Origin: Eledone cirrhosa
Taxonomy: Eukaryota
Assembly: GCA_964016885.1 (NCBI GenBank)
Contig: OZ024741.1
Location: 310,372,001 to 310,436,000, forward strand
Direction: 5' to 3'
Length of the DNA: 64,000 nt
The notes under the pieces were generated by a model. The model made no database searches. It worked only from the letters and a program-made list of their open reading frames with translations, and had not been told where the DNA came from. Of this stretch, positions 13,286 through 26,004 are shown in pieces. The position numbers were made by a program, and so were the translations under genes. Within the stretch, counting starts at the first letter, position 1. Each line of letters opens with the position of its first letter.

Positions 13286-16200
13286 GTTGGTGAAGAAAAG
13301 TTGGAGAAAAAGGACGAAAGGTGCACTCACCTTTTCGTTTCCTGGAGATTGGCTTGTTCAATCTCCATTTGGGTGTTGGGTGGGGTGGGGAAACATTTTA
13401 ATAGGACGCGGTTGATGGGTTTGTGGTAGGGGTTGCCCACGTCCTGAGAAAATTTAATTTTTAGGTCATTATAGGTTTCCATAGAAACCCTTATAAGTTT
13501 AAGGTGTGGAGACGATTCTGCCTTGACGAAAGTTTTGCCCTCCGTCTCCACCTTGAGGTTTTGGGAGAACACCTCCATCAAACTCTTGTTGTTTGTGTTG
13601 ATGTATGCGTATTGTTGTTTGTGTTTTTGTTGTGTTGTTTTAGTTTGTTGTTCGTCCGGGAGTTTTCTTTTTATGGTGGGTGCTTGTGTTTGGGGTGGTG
13701 TTGGTGCTGGTTTTGCTGATAGGGGGATGTTTGACTGTGGTGTTGTTTGTGTTGGTGATTGAAGTTTTGTGGGTTTTGATGTATCTCTTTTTTTGTTTTT
13801 TAGATTTCCGCGGTTATCCCTCTTATTCACTTAAAGAAGGAGAAGCAGCTTCATCCGTCGATGAATAATCATCGTCAGGTGTGTGGGGTAAGGGTATCTT
13901 GTGTGGTGGTGGTGTTACGGTGTGTGTGTGTTTGTGGTAGTGTTTGATGGAGTGGGATGAGGTGGGGCTGTGTTCTTGAGGGGTGTTGTCTGTGTTTTTT
14001 CTGTTGTTGGTTGAGTGGCTGTTTGTTTTGGTATGTTTGCTCGTTTCGTCCTTTGTTGTACTTGTGGTGGTAGTTGTTCTGATAGTGTTGGTAATAGTGT
14101 CTTTTTAATGATGTTGTGGTGTGTTTGTGAAGGACAGGAGGCCTTTAGGTGTGCTGTGCTACCACAGCGAAAGCAATGAAGTTTTCGACCCTCCACCGTA
14201 ATGTTTATTTTGTTGTTGTTGTGGATGACGACTTTTTCGGGTATTATGGAGATTCTATTCGGCCTCATTTGAATCAGAATCTCCAAATCAGTACCCGCCC
14301 ACCTTTGTCTAATAGACTTTCGTATCGAAAGAATCATATCAGTCTCTGGCTCTACGAAGCCAGACAACATTCACCAGATGTTAATCTTGGGTGGTATATT
14401 TTTTATTTTTATTTTTTGTGTCCTTTTTTCCATGTACGTAGGGAAAAAGATGAATGCTTTTGACACCATTGGTGTCACAGAAAGATTTGGGGCGAGTGCC
14501 TCGCTTTTAAACAGTACGGAAACACTTCCGTACCGTTTTCCTCGTTGGAGAAAGTCAATATTTGCTAGAATCTCTAAGGTCGTTTAAAAGTTGGCGCTGA
14601 TTCCAGGGCATCCCTAGGCCACGCACATTCACGGTTCCAACTCGTAAACTAGCCATGTTGGTGAAGAAAAGTTGGAGAAAAAGGACGAAAGGTGCACTCA
14701 CCTTTTCGTTTCCTGGAGATCGGCTTGTTCAATCTCCATTTGGGTGCTGGATGGAGTGTTGGGTGGAGTGGGGAACATTTTAACAGGACGCGGTTGATGG
14801 GTTTGTAGCAGGGGTTGCCCACGTCCTGTGAAAATTTAATTTTTAGGTCATTATAGGTTTCCATAGAAACCCTTATAAGTTTAAGGTGTGGAGACGATTC
14901 TGCCTTGACGAAAGTTTTGCCCTCCGTCTCCACCTTGGGGTTTTGGGAGAACACCTCCATCAAACTCTTGTTGTTTGTGTTGATGTATGCGTATTGTTGT
15001 TTGTGTTTTTGTTGTGTTGTTTTAGTTTTTTGTTCGTCCGGGAGTTTTCTTTTTATGGTGGCTGCTTGTGTTTGGGGTGGTGTTGGTGCTGGTTTTGCTG
15101 ATAGGGGGATATTTGACTGTGGTGTTGTTTGTGTTGTTGTTTGTGTCTGTGGTTGTGTTGGTGTTGGTGATTGGAGTTTTGTGGGTTTTGATGTATCTCT
15201 TTTTTTGTTTTTTAGATTTCCGCGGTTATCCCTCTTATTTACTTAAATAAGGAGAAGCAGCTTTATCCATCGATGAATAATCATCGTCAGGTGTGTGGGG
15301 TAAGGGTATGTTGTGTGGTAGTGGTGTTACGGTGTGTGTGTTTGTGGTAGTGTTTGATGGAGTGGGATGGAGTGGGGATGTGTTCTTCAGGCTGTGTTGT
15401 CTCTGTTTTTTGTGTTGTTGTTGGTTGAGTGTCTGTTTGTTTTGGCGTGGTTGCTCGTTTCGTCTGTCGTTGTACTAGTGGTGGTGGCGGTTGTTTTGGT
15501 GTTGGTAATAGCGTTTTTTTTATGATGTTGTTGTTGTGTGTTTGTGCACAAGAGGCTTTTAGGTGTGCTGTGCCACCACAGCGAAAGCAATGAAATTTTC
15601 GTTCTTCTACCGAAATGTTTATTTTGTTGTTATTATCGATAACGACTCTTTCGGGTATTTTGGAGATTGTCTCCGGTTTCATTTGCAACAGAATCTCCAA
15701 ATCTGTGCCCGCCCACCTTTGTCGAATAGATTTTCGTATCGAAAGTATCATATCAGTTTCTGGCTCTACGAAGCCAGCCATGAACCACCAGATGTTAATG
15801 TTTGGAGGTATGTTTTTATTTTTATTTTTTGTGTCCTTTTTCCCATGTATGTAGGGAAAAAGGTGTATGCTTTTGACACCATTGGTGTCACAGAATTTTT
15901 TTGGGCGAGTACCTCGCTTTTAAATAGTACGGAAACACTTCGCTGGAGAAAATCGACATTTGCTAATATTTCCCTGAAAGTATCTTCTATATCTGCTTGG
16001 TTAAAAAATGTCGGCTTTCTTGTGGAATTTGACACAGTCCTAAAAGTGACTGATCTGCGGATTGTGTCTCCCTTTATTTCAAGGGGTGAGTTAATTCTAA
16101 ACCCACCTCTTTCTTCGAAAGTTACAAATTTTCTCCCTTGCTGGAGCATGTCTCTTGCGTTGGAGATATCAAGATTTATAAAATCTTTTTTTTTTGTTCA

Positions 16201-16789
16201 CTGTTTCAGCGAAAGACATTTTCTTTTTTTGTGTGGTGTTGCTGTTGTTGTTGTTGTTATCGTTGTTGGAAATCTCAGTTCCTTGTCGAGGTGAAACATT
16301 ATGTGTATATATATCTGTAGAGTTGTTGAAGTCTTTTTCATGTGTATGTATGTTAATGGGTTTAATTCCTGTGTTTTCCTGTGTTATTGTTATTTTTCTC
16401 CGCTTCGACGGTAGAAATTTTAAAATTTTCAAGTGTTAATATATTTTTCTTTTTGTTGACACTTGTATCTGTGGCGACGTCCATAGTAGCAGAAGCAGAT
16501 ATAACGTTAATATCTGCCTCTTTCTCTCTCTTTTGTCTATTAACGTTCTCCAGCGTTCTTGTGTTGCTTAAGTTATTTAGTTTGTAAAATCTGATATTTT
16601 AAAACAAACTTTTAAAATAAAATTTTCGCCCCTACAGGGGCGAAACATGGGATTACCACCCAGCTGACAATTCAGCTTGGGGTTAATCTACAAAATGATA
16701 TGATTTTTTCAAACAATTAGTTAGGTTTTTTGCATAGAAATAAAAAAAAGCTTACCGGCGATGTTCCACACGTCAGATAGAAAGTGAGA

Positions 16790-18386
16790 TAGATAGATAG
16801 ATATATTTCTTTATTAGCCACAAGGGCGCACAAGAAAAGGGGACAATACAAAGACATGCCGGGGGTTTTACATACAATCGTGTAACAAATATAAAAATAA
16901 ACAATTACAACAATCGAAATCCCCAATAGGGGGAGGCGCCACAAATGGGATGTTTAATACCCCGTCGATAGAACAACCCTCAACTCCAGGAGCGTGTTGT
17001 GCAAGTGCTCCTTTCTTCCTTTTGCTCTCTTCCTCAACCTACAGGCTTATAAACAGAGAAAGCCCAATCGCTCGGGGCTTTTTTGCTTCATTCACCCACC
17101 TTTCAGTAAATTTACTGGGGTGCAGTGCCTCTCTCTCCACCCTGATTATCCTTCTAAAGTGATACTTAAAGAAGGGAATCAATTGTTGTCCGGAGAGAAA
17201 GGCATCTGTCCTCAGTCCTCTGAACCTAGTCCACCATATAACTTCTTTCACCATAGCCACCGTACAGAGGAAAACCGCCTCTCTTTCGTTCTTGAAAGAG
17301 GCTGGCGTTTTGATCCTTACTATGGCCTCGGCAGTCAACTGGATTTGTCTCATACGCGACAGCAGTTGTTTTGCATAGCTCCACAGGTCGGTTACGCCCG
17401 GGCAGTGTACAATTGCGTGCAGAACTGTTTCAATGTCCTGCGCGCATCTTGGACACGTCCTCTTGGAAGGATCCCTGCCGGGGCGTCCATGCCTGTAGGT
17501 CTTGTCACGAACCGGTAGATCTCCTCGGTAGCACTTCCAGGCCAGGGACCTCTGGAAGTTGTCCATAGATCCCGGGCGGAAAGTCCTACCATACAGACTG
17601 GTGAGTTCATCATCTTCGACGCCCAGAGTCTCTCCGAGCACATCGTCGCCCTTGTAACGTACAATCCCCCTATGGAATGTCGAAGTGGAGTCTCCACTGA
17701 TTGCTGCGCCCGCTTGCCAGAGGACTGTGAGCGCCTGAGCGCATTCAATGTACCAGGCGCCCATCGTTTTCGGTCTTTTCTTCATCCAGGACTGCAGCTC
17801 CGTCAGCGAGACGAACTGTGGGAAAGCCTGTCTCACAAACGGTGCCCACACCGGTTGGGCGTCGGTGAGGAATACCTGGAGATGCCGCAGCCTCAGCGCA
17901 TGTTTGCGCATGATCAGCCACGGCATTCCCAGCCCTCCGTTGGAAGGGTGCTGACAGCAGACGGATCTCCTCACCAGCGGAGCCGGCTTCTTCCATAGAA
18001 ACTGGAAGAGCATGCGTTCCATCTTGGCGAGGTGTTCACGGGGACAAGGCATGACAGTCAAGCGGTAGTAGATGACGGACGCTATGAAAGTGTTCGCTAC
18101 CTCCGCTCGACCTTTCAAGGACAGTTTGCACTCTGCCCACTTCTGGGTGAGTGCAAACACCTTGGCCGTGAGCTCGTTCCAGTTTTTCTGCACCTGGAGG
18201 TCTGGACCGAACCAGTCCCCGAGCAATTTCACCGGTCCGTCCGTCCAGCGTCCAACGACGCTGTCGGACGTCATCGGTTTGCCACTCCACGTACCTAGTT
18301 GCAAACCGACAGACTTGTCCGGCTTTAGTCTTGCTCCCGTCAGCGTTTCGTATTCTTTCAGTAAGTTGCCGATCACCCCGATTTCC
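16790..18386 (-). mobile_element. Tx1 copy B, 5'-truncated (ORF2 C-terminal third, open)
   Basis: ORF 17039-18386 is homologous to the C-terminal part of copy A ORF2, with the same 3' UTR, AATAAA and (TATC)n tail. The 5' end abuts (GATA)n. Confidence 0.95.
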
Positions 18387-18439
<53 letters not shown>

Positions 18440-18440
<1 letters not shown>

Positions 18441-21400
18441 CAAATGGATAGAAACATTTCTTTATTAGCCTCAAGGGCACAAATACAAATGGGGAGTTTA
18501 CATACAGGTATATGAAAATAAAACTATTAATACAATAACAAATAACAATTGAAATCCCCAATAGGGGGGAGGCGTTACACAGTGGTTTTACACCCCGAAG
18601 AGTGAGTACTCCCTTCCTCTCTTCCTCTTTTTCCTCAACCTACAGGCTTATATAGAGAGAAGGCCCAACCACTCGGGCCATCTTTGCCACATTCACCCAC
18701 CTTTTATAAAATTTGCTAGGGTACAGCACCTCTCTCTCCATCCTGATTCTTCTTCCAAAATGATATTTGAAAAAATGAATCGGTTGCTAGCCGGAGAGAA
18801 AGGTGTCTGACCTCAATTCTTTTAACCTGGTCCACCATATAACCTCTTTCACCATAGCCATAACACATAGGAAATCTGCCTCTCCCTCGTTTTTGAAGGA
18901 GGGTGGCGGTTTGATCATGACAATGGACTCGGTGGTCAACTGGATTGGTCCCACACGCGACAATAGTCATTCTACATAGTCCCACAGGTCGGTAACGCCC
19001 GGGAAGTGTACAAATGCGTGTGTGACGGTTTCTTCGTCTCGTACGCACCTCGGACAGATCTTTTTTGCAGGGTCCCTACCCGGGCTCCCGTGTCTGTAGA
19101 GCTTGTCTCGAACTGGTAGAGCTCCTCGGTAGCACTGCCAGGCCAGGGACTTTTGGAAGTTGTCCATTGGTCCCGAGCGGAAGGTCCTACCGAACAGACT
19201 GGCCAGTTCGTCCTCCTCTATGCCTAGATTTTCTCCGAGCGTGTCGCCGAACTTGCTGCGGACCAACCCTCTATACGATGTCGAGTGGAGTCTCCACTGA
19301 TCGCCGGGTCCGTTTGCCAGAGGACTATGAGCGCCTGAGCACATTCGATGTGCCAATCGCCCATTTTCCTCGGTCTTTGCTTGACACAGGACTGCAGCTC
19401 GATCAGCGAGACGAGTCATGGGAAGGCTCGCCTCACGAACGGGGCCCACACCGGTTGTCTGGTGAGGAATACGTGGAGGTGCCGCAGCCTGAGCGCGTGT
19501 TTGCGCATCGTCAACCACGGCATCCCCAGCCCTCCGTTTGAAGTGTGTTGGCAGCAGATGGATCTTCTCACCAAAGGAGCCCGCTTCTTCCAAAGGAATT
19601 GGAAGAGCGCGCGCTCCATTTTGGTGAGCGTTTTGGCTGGACAAGGCACGACGGTCAAGCAGTAGTAGATCACGGACGCTATAAAAGTGTTCGCCACCTC
19701 CGCTCGACCTTTTAAGGATAGTTTGCACTCGGCCTACTTCTGGGTGAGTGTAAACACCTTGGCCGTCACCTCGTTCCAGTTCTTCTCCACCTGGAGGTCA
19801 GGACCAAACCAGACCCCGAGCAGCTTTACCGGTCCTTCCGTCCAGCGTCCGACGACGTCATCGGAAGGCATCGGTTTGCCTCTCCACGATCCGAGTTGCA
19901 AACCGACGGATTTGTCCCGGTTCAGCTTCGCTCCTGTGAACCTTTCGTATTCCTACAGTAAGGTGCCGATCTCCCTGATTTGCAAGGGTCTCGAGACCAT
20001 TACCGACACGTCGTCGGCGTAGGCCGACGCCGCTTTCCGCAGTCCCGGTTCCAAAGGGGTGCGCCCTCCAATAGCTCCAACTTCCGCAGTAGTGGCTCGT
20101 GAGTCAGTACGTACATAAGGAAGGAGAGAGGGCATTCCCGTCGGATGAATCGCGTGATATGGAACGACTCCGAGAGGTAGCTGTTTACCTTGACCCTTGA
20201 GCAGATGTTGCTGTTGTGCATTGCAGCAATCCAGCACCTGAACATGGGTCCGAAGCCTGCCGCCTCGAGCACCGCGTCCAGGTAACGATGGTCAACCCTA
20301 TCGAAAGCCTTAGACTGATCTAAGTTGATCAGGGCCCCACCAAAGCTAGGTTTACACCCTACCCTCTCTATGATGTATCGCATGAGGTGGAGGTTGTCGT
20401 GTATGGACCTGGTCGGGATTTCACACGTTTGGGCTTCCCCTACCAGGTTCTCGACGACAAGCGCCAGCCTTGCTGCTAACACCTAGGCCAAAATCTGTGT
20501 TGAGCAGAGTTATGGGCCTGAAATTGTTTATCTCACGCCCTTGTTCTCATCTTTCCTGATCAGCGTTACTACGCCTCTGCCGACAGAACTGGGAATCCTC
20601 CCGTTTTGCTGCAAGTTGCATTAGACCGCTTCAAGGACGCCAGAGAACAAGTCTGGCATGCCTATGTAAAACTCATAGGGTAGACCATCTAAACCGGGTG
20701 ATTTGCGTTTCCCGCAGCGGTCTAGAGCATCTTTTATTTCGCCCGCTGTGATCGGCCTTTCGCATCTCTCCGCATCCGTGCTCGAGAGTTGCGGTACGCC
20801 GTCGAGGTAGGAGCTGAAGTCCATCACCTTGCTCGATGTACCACTTTGCCTGAACAGTTGGGCAAAATGCTGCTGGAAGGCCGCGCACATCTGCTTGGAT
20901 TCAAGTATAATGCGTCCATTTTGTCTTGCAAAGACCGAATTGTGGATTTGTTGCAACTTTTCGACTCTGCCACTCGGGCCCAGGTAACAGCTTTGGCTCC
21001 CTCGTTTCTTAGAGCACGTGTTCTACTTCTGACAATACAACCTTCGTGTATCACGTTGAAGACTGGTCTAGTGCCGTTCTCGCCGCTAGCACGTCAGCTG
21101 TACTGCCATTCCTAAGTACCTCTTCTACTTTAGCTACCAGTTCCTCTTCAGTTTTGATTTTTTCTAAAGCTACTTCCTGGCTAAATGCTATCGATTCTAT
21201 TCTAATTGCTCCCTTGAGAGAGCTCCACCACCTGTTGTTGACGATCGACCTCGTCAACTGGCACTTAACTAAAGTGCTAATCCGTTTACTGTAGGCCTTA
21301 CGCGCCGGGAGCGACATGTTTAGCTTCTAGTATCCGGGTACCTGTCTATGTGTTCTATCAAGGTTCACTACGCAGGAGACTAATTTGTGGTCTGAAGAGG

Positions 21401-23971
21401 CAACCATTTGCATTTGTGGACAGCTTAATGTTTCCTTATCATTCTGTCTAATCAAAAATCTATCTAAATACGAACTAGAAGACCCAGTGAGGTTGCTCCA
21501 CGTCCATAGTGGTGCACTTGGGAAATCTAGTCGATATCTATCAGCCAGTTGGAATTGGCTAATGACATTTTTGAGGCTATTACACCCCCCTCTATTATCA
21601 CAAGCTCCTACATAGTCCAAACGTGCGTCTAAGATGCCATTCCAGTCCCTCGCTAACACTAAGGAGCGAGACGTTCCCAGGAATGGCTCCAGACGCTTCA
21701 AGAACTCTGATCGTGATGTCCCAGTCGGGGCATATACGGCCACCAGTCTGAAAGCTCCACCTTCACTACCATTCACGTCCAGGACCACCAGGCTGCCCTC
21801 CGGGTCCAAGTGAATCGTCTGTATTTTGAGATCCAAGTTTTTTCGAAACAGAACAGCAACTCCCCCTCCACCCCCTGGCTGACAGAGAGATGCGTAGATC
21901 TCAAAATCATCGAACATGGGGCTTAGCTGCTGCTTGTTGTGAATTCTGGACTCGCTGATGGCTATCACATCTATACAATGTGACCTGAGATCATTTAAAA
22001 GCTGGCCCTGTTTCCAGGACATGCCCAGGCCACGTACATTCAAACATCCAGCTTGTATTGTCGCGATGTTGGTGAAGAAGAGTTAAGGAGAGAAAAGGCA
22101 GGAACACTTACCTTTTCGTTTCCTGGAGGTCGGGTTGTTCGATATCCATGTCCATATTGGTGGTGTTTGCGGAGGGAGGGAATCCTTTTAGCAGGAGACG
22201 GTTAAGGGGCTTTTGGCAAGGGGGGCCCACATCATGTGGGAAGTTCTCTTTTAAAGTTTCATACTGTAGGGTTGTTACCCTGATAAGTTTGAGGTTTGGG
22301 GTGGGTCGTTGGTGGGGAAGGTTTTCCCTTCCGTTTGTATTGTGGGGTCCTTTCGGACAGTTTCCACCAGTTCTTTGTTTCTTGTTTTTATGTATGTGTA
22401 ATGTGTTTTGTTTTTATGTGTACTGTTTCTGTTTGTAGTTTTCTTTTTGTGGTTGGGGTTTGTGATTGTGGTGGTGTGGGTGTTTGTTTTGTTGGTGAAG
22501 TGTTTGGTTGTGTTGGTGGTGATTGTGTTGTTGGTGTGTTTGCCGTTTGTGGCGGTGTGTTTATGGTGGGGTTGGGTGTGTGCGTCTTTTCTGTAGATGT
22601 TTTTTGTGTCTTTTTTGTTTTTTGGAATTTTGGGCATTCTCTTCATTCTCACTTGAAGATGTAGAGGCTCCCGTGTCTGAGACTTCTGAATCAGAGGTAG
22701 ATGGGAGCGGTATGTTGTGTGGCGGAGTGTTTGTGGAGGTGTTTGTGGGAGTATGTGACAGGGGGGGGGGGAGGCTATGGAGGGTTTTTCAGTGGGATTT
22801 TGTGTGTGTGGTTGTCTCTGGTCTGTGGTGGGGTGGGAGTGGATGTTGCAGGTGTTTGTGTTGTGTTTGGTTTGGAGTGTTGATGTTGGGGTTTTGGTGT
22901 TGGTAATAACACCTTGTTTGTCCTCGGTTTGTTTAAGAAAGGGCAAAAGGCCTTTAAGTGTGTGGTTTTCCCACACTTATGGCACTGAGGTCTTTTCCCC
23001 TCCACTCAAATTGAGATGACATATTCCTGAAGGACGATCCTGTCCGGTATTTTCTCAACTCTCTCTGGCCTCATTTGTACCAGAACCTCGATGCAGGTTC
23101 CAAACCAGTTATGCCGGTCTGTCCTGTCTACAGATAGGAGGGTGTCCTCATCCTTCTTCAGGATGCAGCGTAGGATCCACCATATGTTGACCTCTGTTGG
23201 GATCCTGGTTATTTTTATTTTGTAGGATCTTCTTCCCATGTATGTGGGGAAGAAGATTTGTTGATCCGTTTTTATTGGGTGAACCGAGTGTTTTTGTGCC
23301 AGAGTTTCGCTCTTAAAGAGCACTGACCTAAATATTGGGACTTTCGGGAAATGCCGATGGAGTAGTATTTAAAATCTTGTTGCTGTAAATAAAATTTTGT
23401 TATTGTTGTTGTTGGTGGTGATGATGGTCTCATTCGTTGTGTTGCCACTGATTCCTTTTGTTGTGTTGTTGTTGATCTCATTTATTGTGTTGTTGTTGTT
23501 GTTGGTTGTGGTGGTGTTAGTGTTTGCTACACATACTTCCTTCCGTGTGTGGATACATGTGACGTTTGTGACGTTTGTGACGTTAGGCGTGTTCAGTTGC
23601 TTACAAGTAGCTGAAGTTTGTTCCTCTTCTAAATGTTGAGTCGATAATGTTGGCATTCCTTTGTCCATGTCTGCTACTACCTGCTGGTCAAGTAGGTATG
23701 GCTTTCCCTTCCCATCTTCTTGTTTTGACGGAGAAGTAGATGCCTTTGCTTCAGCCATTCTTTAAAAATTGAAGTGTGTTGCAAACATTTTTTCGAATAT
23801 ATTTTGGATGTTTTTGCCCTGAGGGGCACGATATTTTGGGAGACTGACCAGATCAATATTTGACCTGTCAGTCCCTCTACAAATTGGCATAAAAATAAAA
23901 GTTCACAATGAGGAATTTCTAAAGAAATTTAAACAAAACTTACCGAGCAAGTTTAACACATGTGTCCATCC
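18440..23971 (-). mobile_element. Tx1 copy C, full length, diverged subfamily, disrupted
   Basis: ORF1 starts at MAEAKAS (23758), has knuckle CHKCGKTTHLKAFC and ends DLQETKR*. ORF2 has APE (21327-22043), RT with AYADD (~20030) and CPRC. Same 3' structure as copy A. Confidence 0.95.
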
Positions 23972-23994
23972 CAGAGATAGATAGTTAGACAAAT

Positions 23995-25072
23995 GGATAG
24001 ATTGATATCTTTCTTTATTTGCCACAGGGGCGTACAAAAATGGGACATTACAATGATGAATAACCATAAACTATATATAAAATAAAACAATCGAAACCCC
24101 CATTAGGGGGGAACGTTACTGCGGGGTTGTTTTACATCCCCGTGGATAGAACAACCATCAACACCAGGAACACGTTTTGTAGGTGTTCCCGTCTTCCTTC
24201 TGTTTATCTTCCTCAACCTACAGGTCTATATACAGAGAAGGCCCATTCACTCGGGCCATTTTCGCCACATTCAGCCACCTTTCAGCGAATTTACTGAGGT
24301 GTAGCCTCTCTTTCTCCACTCTTACCTTCCTTCTGTGGTACTTAAAGAAGGGGATAAGTTGTTGTCCGGAGAGAAAGATGTTTGCCCTCAGTCCTTTTAA
24401 CCTCGTCCACCATATTACCTCTTTCACCATAGCCACATACAGTGGAAGACCGCCTCTCCTTCCTTCTTAAATGAAGGCGGCGGGGTGATGCTCACGATGG
24501 ACTCAGCTGACAACTGGATGTGTCCTACACGTGACAGTAGCTGTTCGACATAATTCCACAGGTCGGTCACCACTGCGCACTGAACAATTGTGTGCAGAAC
24601 GGTTTCAATGTCCTGCTCACATCTTGGACAGATCCTTTTAGCAGGATCTCTGCCAGGGCGTCCGTGCCTGTAGATTTTGTCTCGAACTGGTAGAGCTCCT
24701 CGGTAGCACTGCCAGGCCAGAGACCTCTGGAAGTTATCCATAGGCCTTGGACGGAAGGTCCTCCCGAACAGACTGGTCAGTTCGTCTTCCTCGATGCCTA
24801 GAGTTTCCCCGCTTGGTAGAGGGCTGTGAGCGCCTGAAGGCACTCAAGGTGTCAGGCGCCCATTTTCGGCCTTCGCTTGATCCAGAACTGCAGCTCTGTT
24901 AGTGAGACAAGTTGTGGAAGAGCTCGTCTCACAAAGGAGAACCACACCGGTTCGCTGGTCAGGAATACCTGGAGATGGCGTAGCCTCAGCGCGTGTTTGC
25001 GTATCATCAGCCACGGTCGCCGAGCCCTCCGTTAGAAGGGTGTTGACAGCAGATGGATCTCCTCACCAATTG
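23995..25072 (-). mobile_element. Tx1 copy D, 5'-truncated 3' fragment
   Basis: ORF2 C-terminus (FQRSLAWQCYRGALPVRD...CPRC), 3' UTR and AATAAA; flanked by GATA tracts. Confidence 0.92.
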
Positions 25073-25780
25073 GAGATATATAAATAAAGAGGTAGATAGA
25101 TAGATAGATAAACACACAGACAGACAAATGGATAGATAAACTGAAGCTAAATAAATAAACCGAGAGATATATGTTGCGTTCCTTATTTGAAGAGATATAG
25201 ATACATATAAATACAGCTGTGTTATAACTTTGTGCAGATGGATATTTCATGTCAATAGTGTGTGTGTGTGGGAGATAGATATAGGACCCAATATACCGAA
25301 ATACACCCATCATGAAATTAAGACTTCCCAAACAAAACAACCACAAACTGGTTGTCACGTGACCATATATTTTCTTATCAATATTTTTAAGTGTGTTAGT
25401 TTGTATAAATGTATAAATAAACATACACGCACGCACACACACATACACCCCGCCCTCACGCACGTTCTAATTCTGGTGGCTTAGTTAGGATCTAGCTGTT
25501 GAAACGGCCGGAGCACAGCCGTCGGGGTCCTGACTCTTTTCCTATATGTATGTGTAAGTGTGTGTATTTATTTAAATTTATACTTCAGACAGTTCACTAC
25601 GAAATTCTGGTTTCCTCACGTAAGTTAAAATTTCCGTTCCTTGCTAATCTTTCATATGCGCGTGTATTGACGACTTGATATAAGTCTAGCAATAACACGC
25701 CACAGAATACACATTTAGAGGATTTTAAAAGAATATGCGTGTTGTCCTCCACCATAGTGTCCACATAAATCACAACATAC

Positions 25781-25853
25781 AGTCCGTTTTCTCCAGAATA
25801 AAGATTCCTCTGGAATTCACTCGGTGGATATCCTTATCATCTACAGGTCTTAT
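25781..25853 (-). CDS. Possible further cytoplasmic exon of the EGF/TM gene (IRPVDDKDIHRVNSRGIFILEKTD)
   Basis: tag| acceptor, |gtatgt donor, open in phase 0 matching the upstream exon; the acceptor is weak. Confidence 0.4.
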
Positions 25854-26004
25854 CTACGTAATTTCATGACATTTAGGGAAATCATATATGAGTAAAAGTC
25901 ACATAACAGAGACTGTAATAAAAAATTTCTTTGGTTTTCGAGAATATTATAGTTTTACCAAACTAAGTATAGACATTGAAGAGTTAGTAATACAATCAAC
26001 TCAC

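Larger units (their letters stand above)
9600..16774 (-). mobile_element. Tx1/L1-clade LINE copy A, near full length, frameshifted, with internal ORF1 duplication
   Basis: ORF1 CCHC knuckle CFRCGSTAHLKASC. ORF2 APE motifs (NVRGL, GGGV, YAPT, GDWN, SDHK), RT motifs (KSPGLDGLP, FRAITLLNTELKILAK, DQSKAFD.VDH, RQG) and C-terminal CPRC...H..C. AATAAA followed by (TATC)n. Confidence 0.95.

Noticed and set aside
15563-16294. Long plus-strand ORFs within 9600-25000
   Set aside because: Antisense shadows of Tx1 ORF1/ORF2 with no independent motifs.
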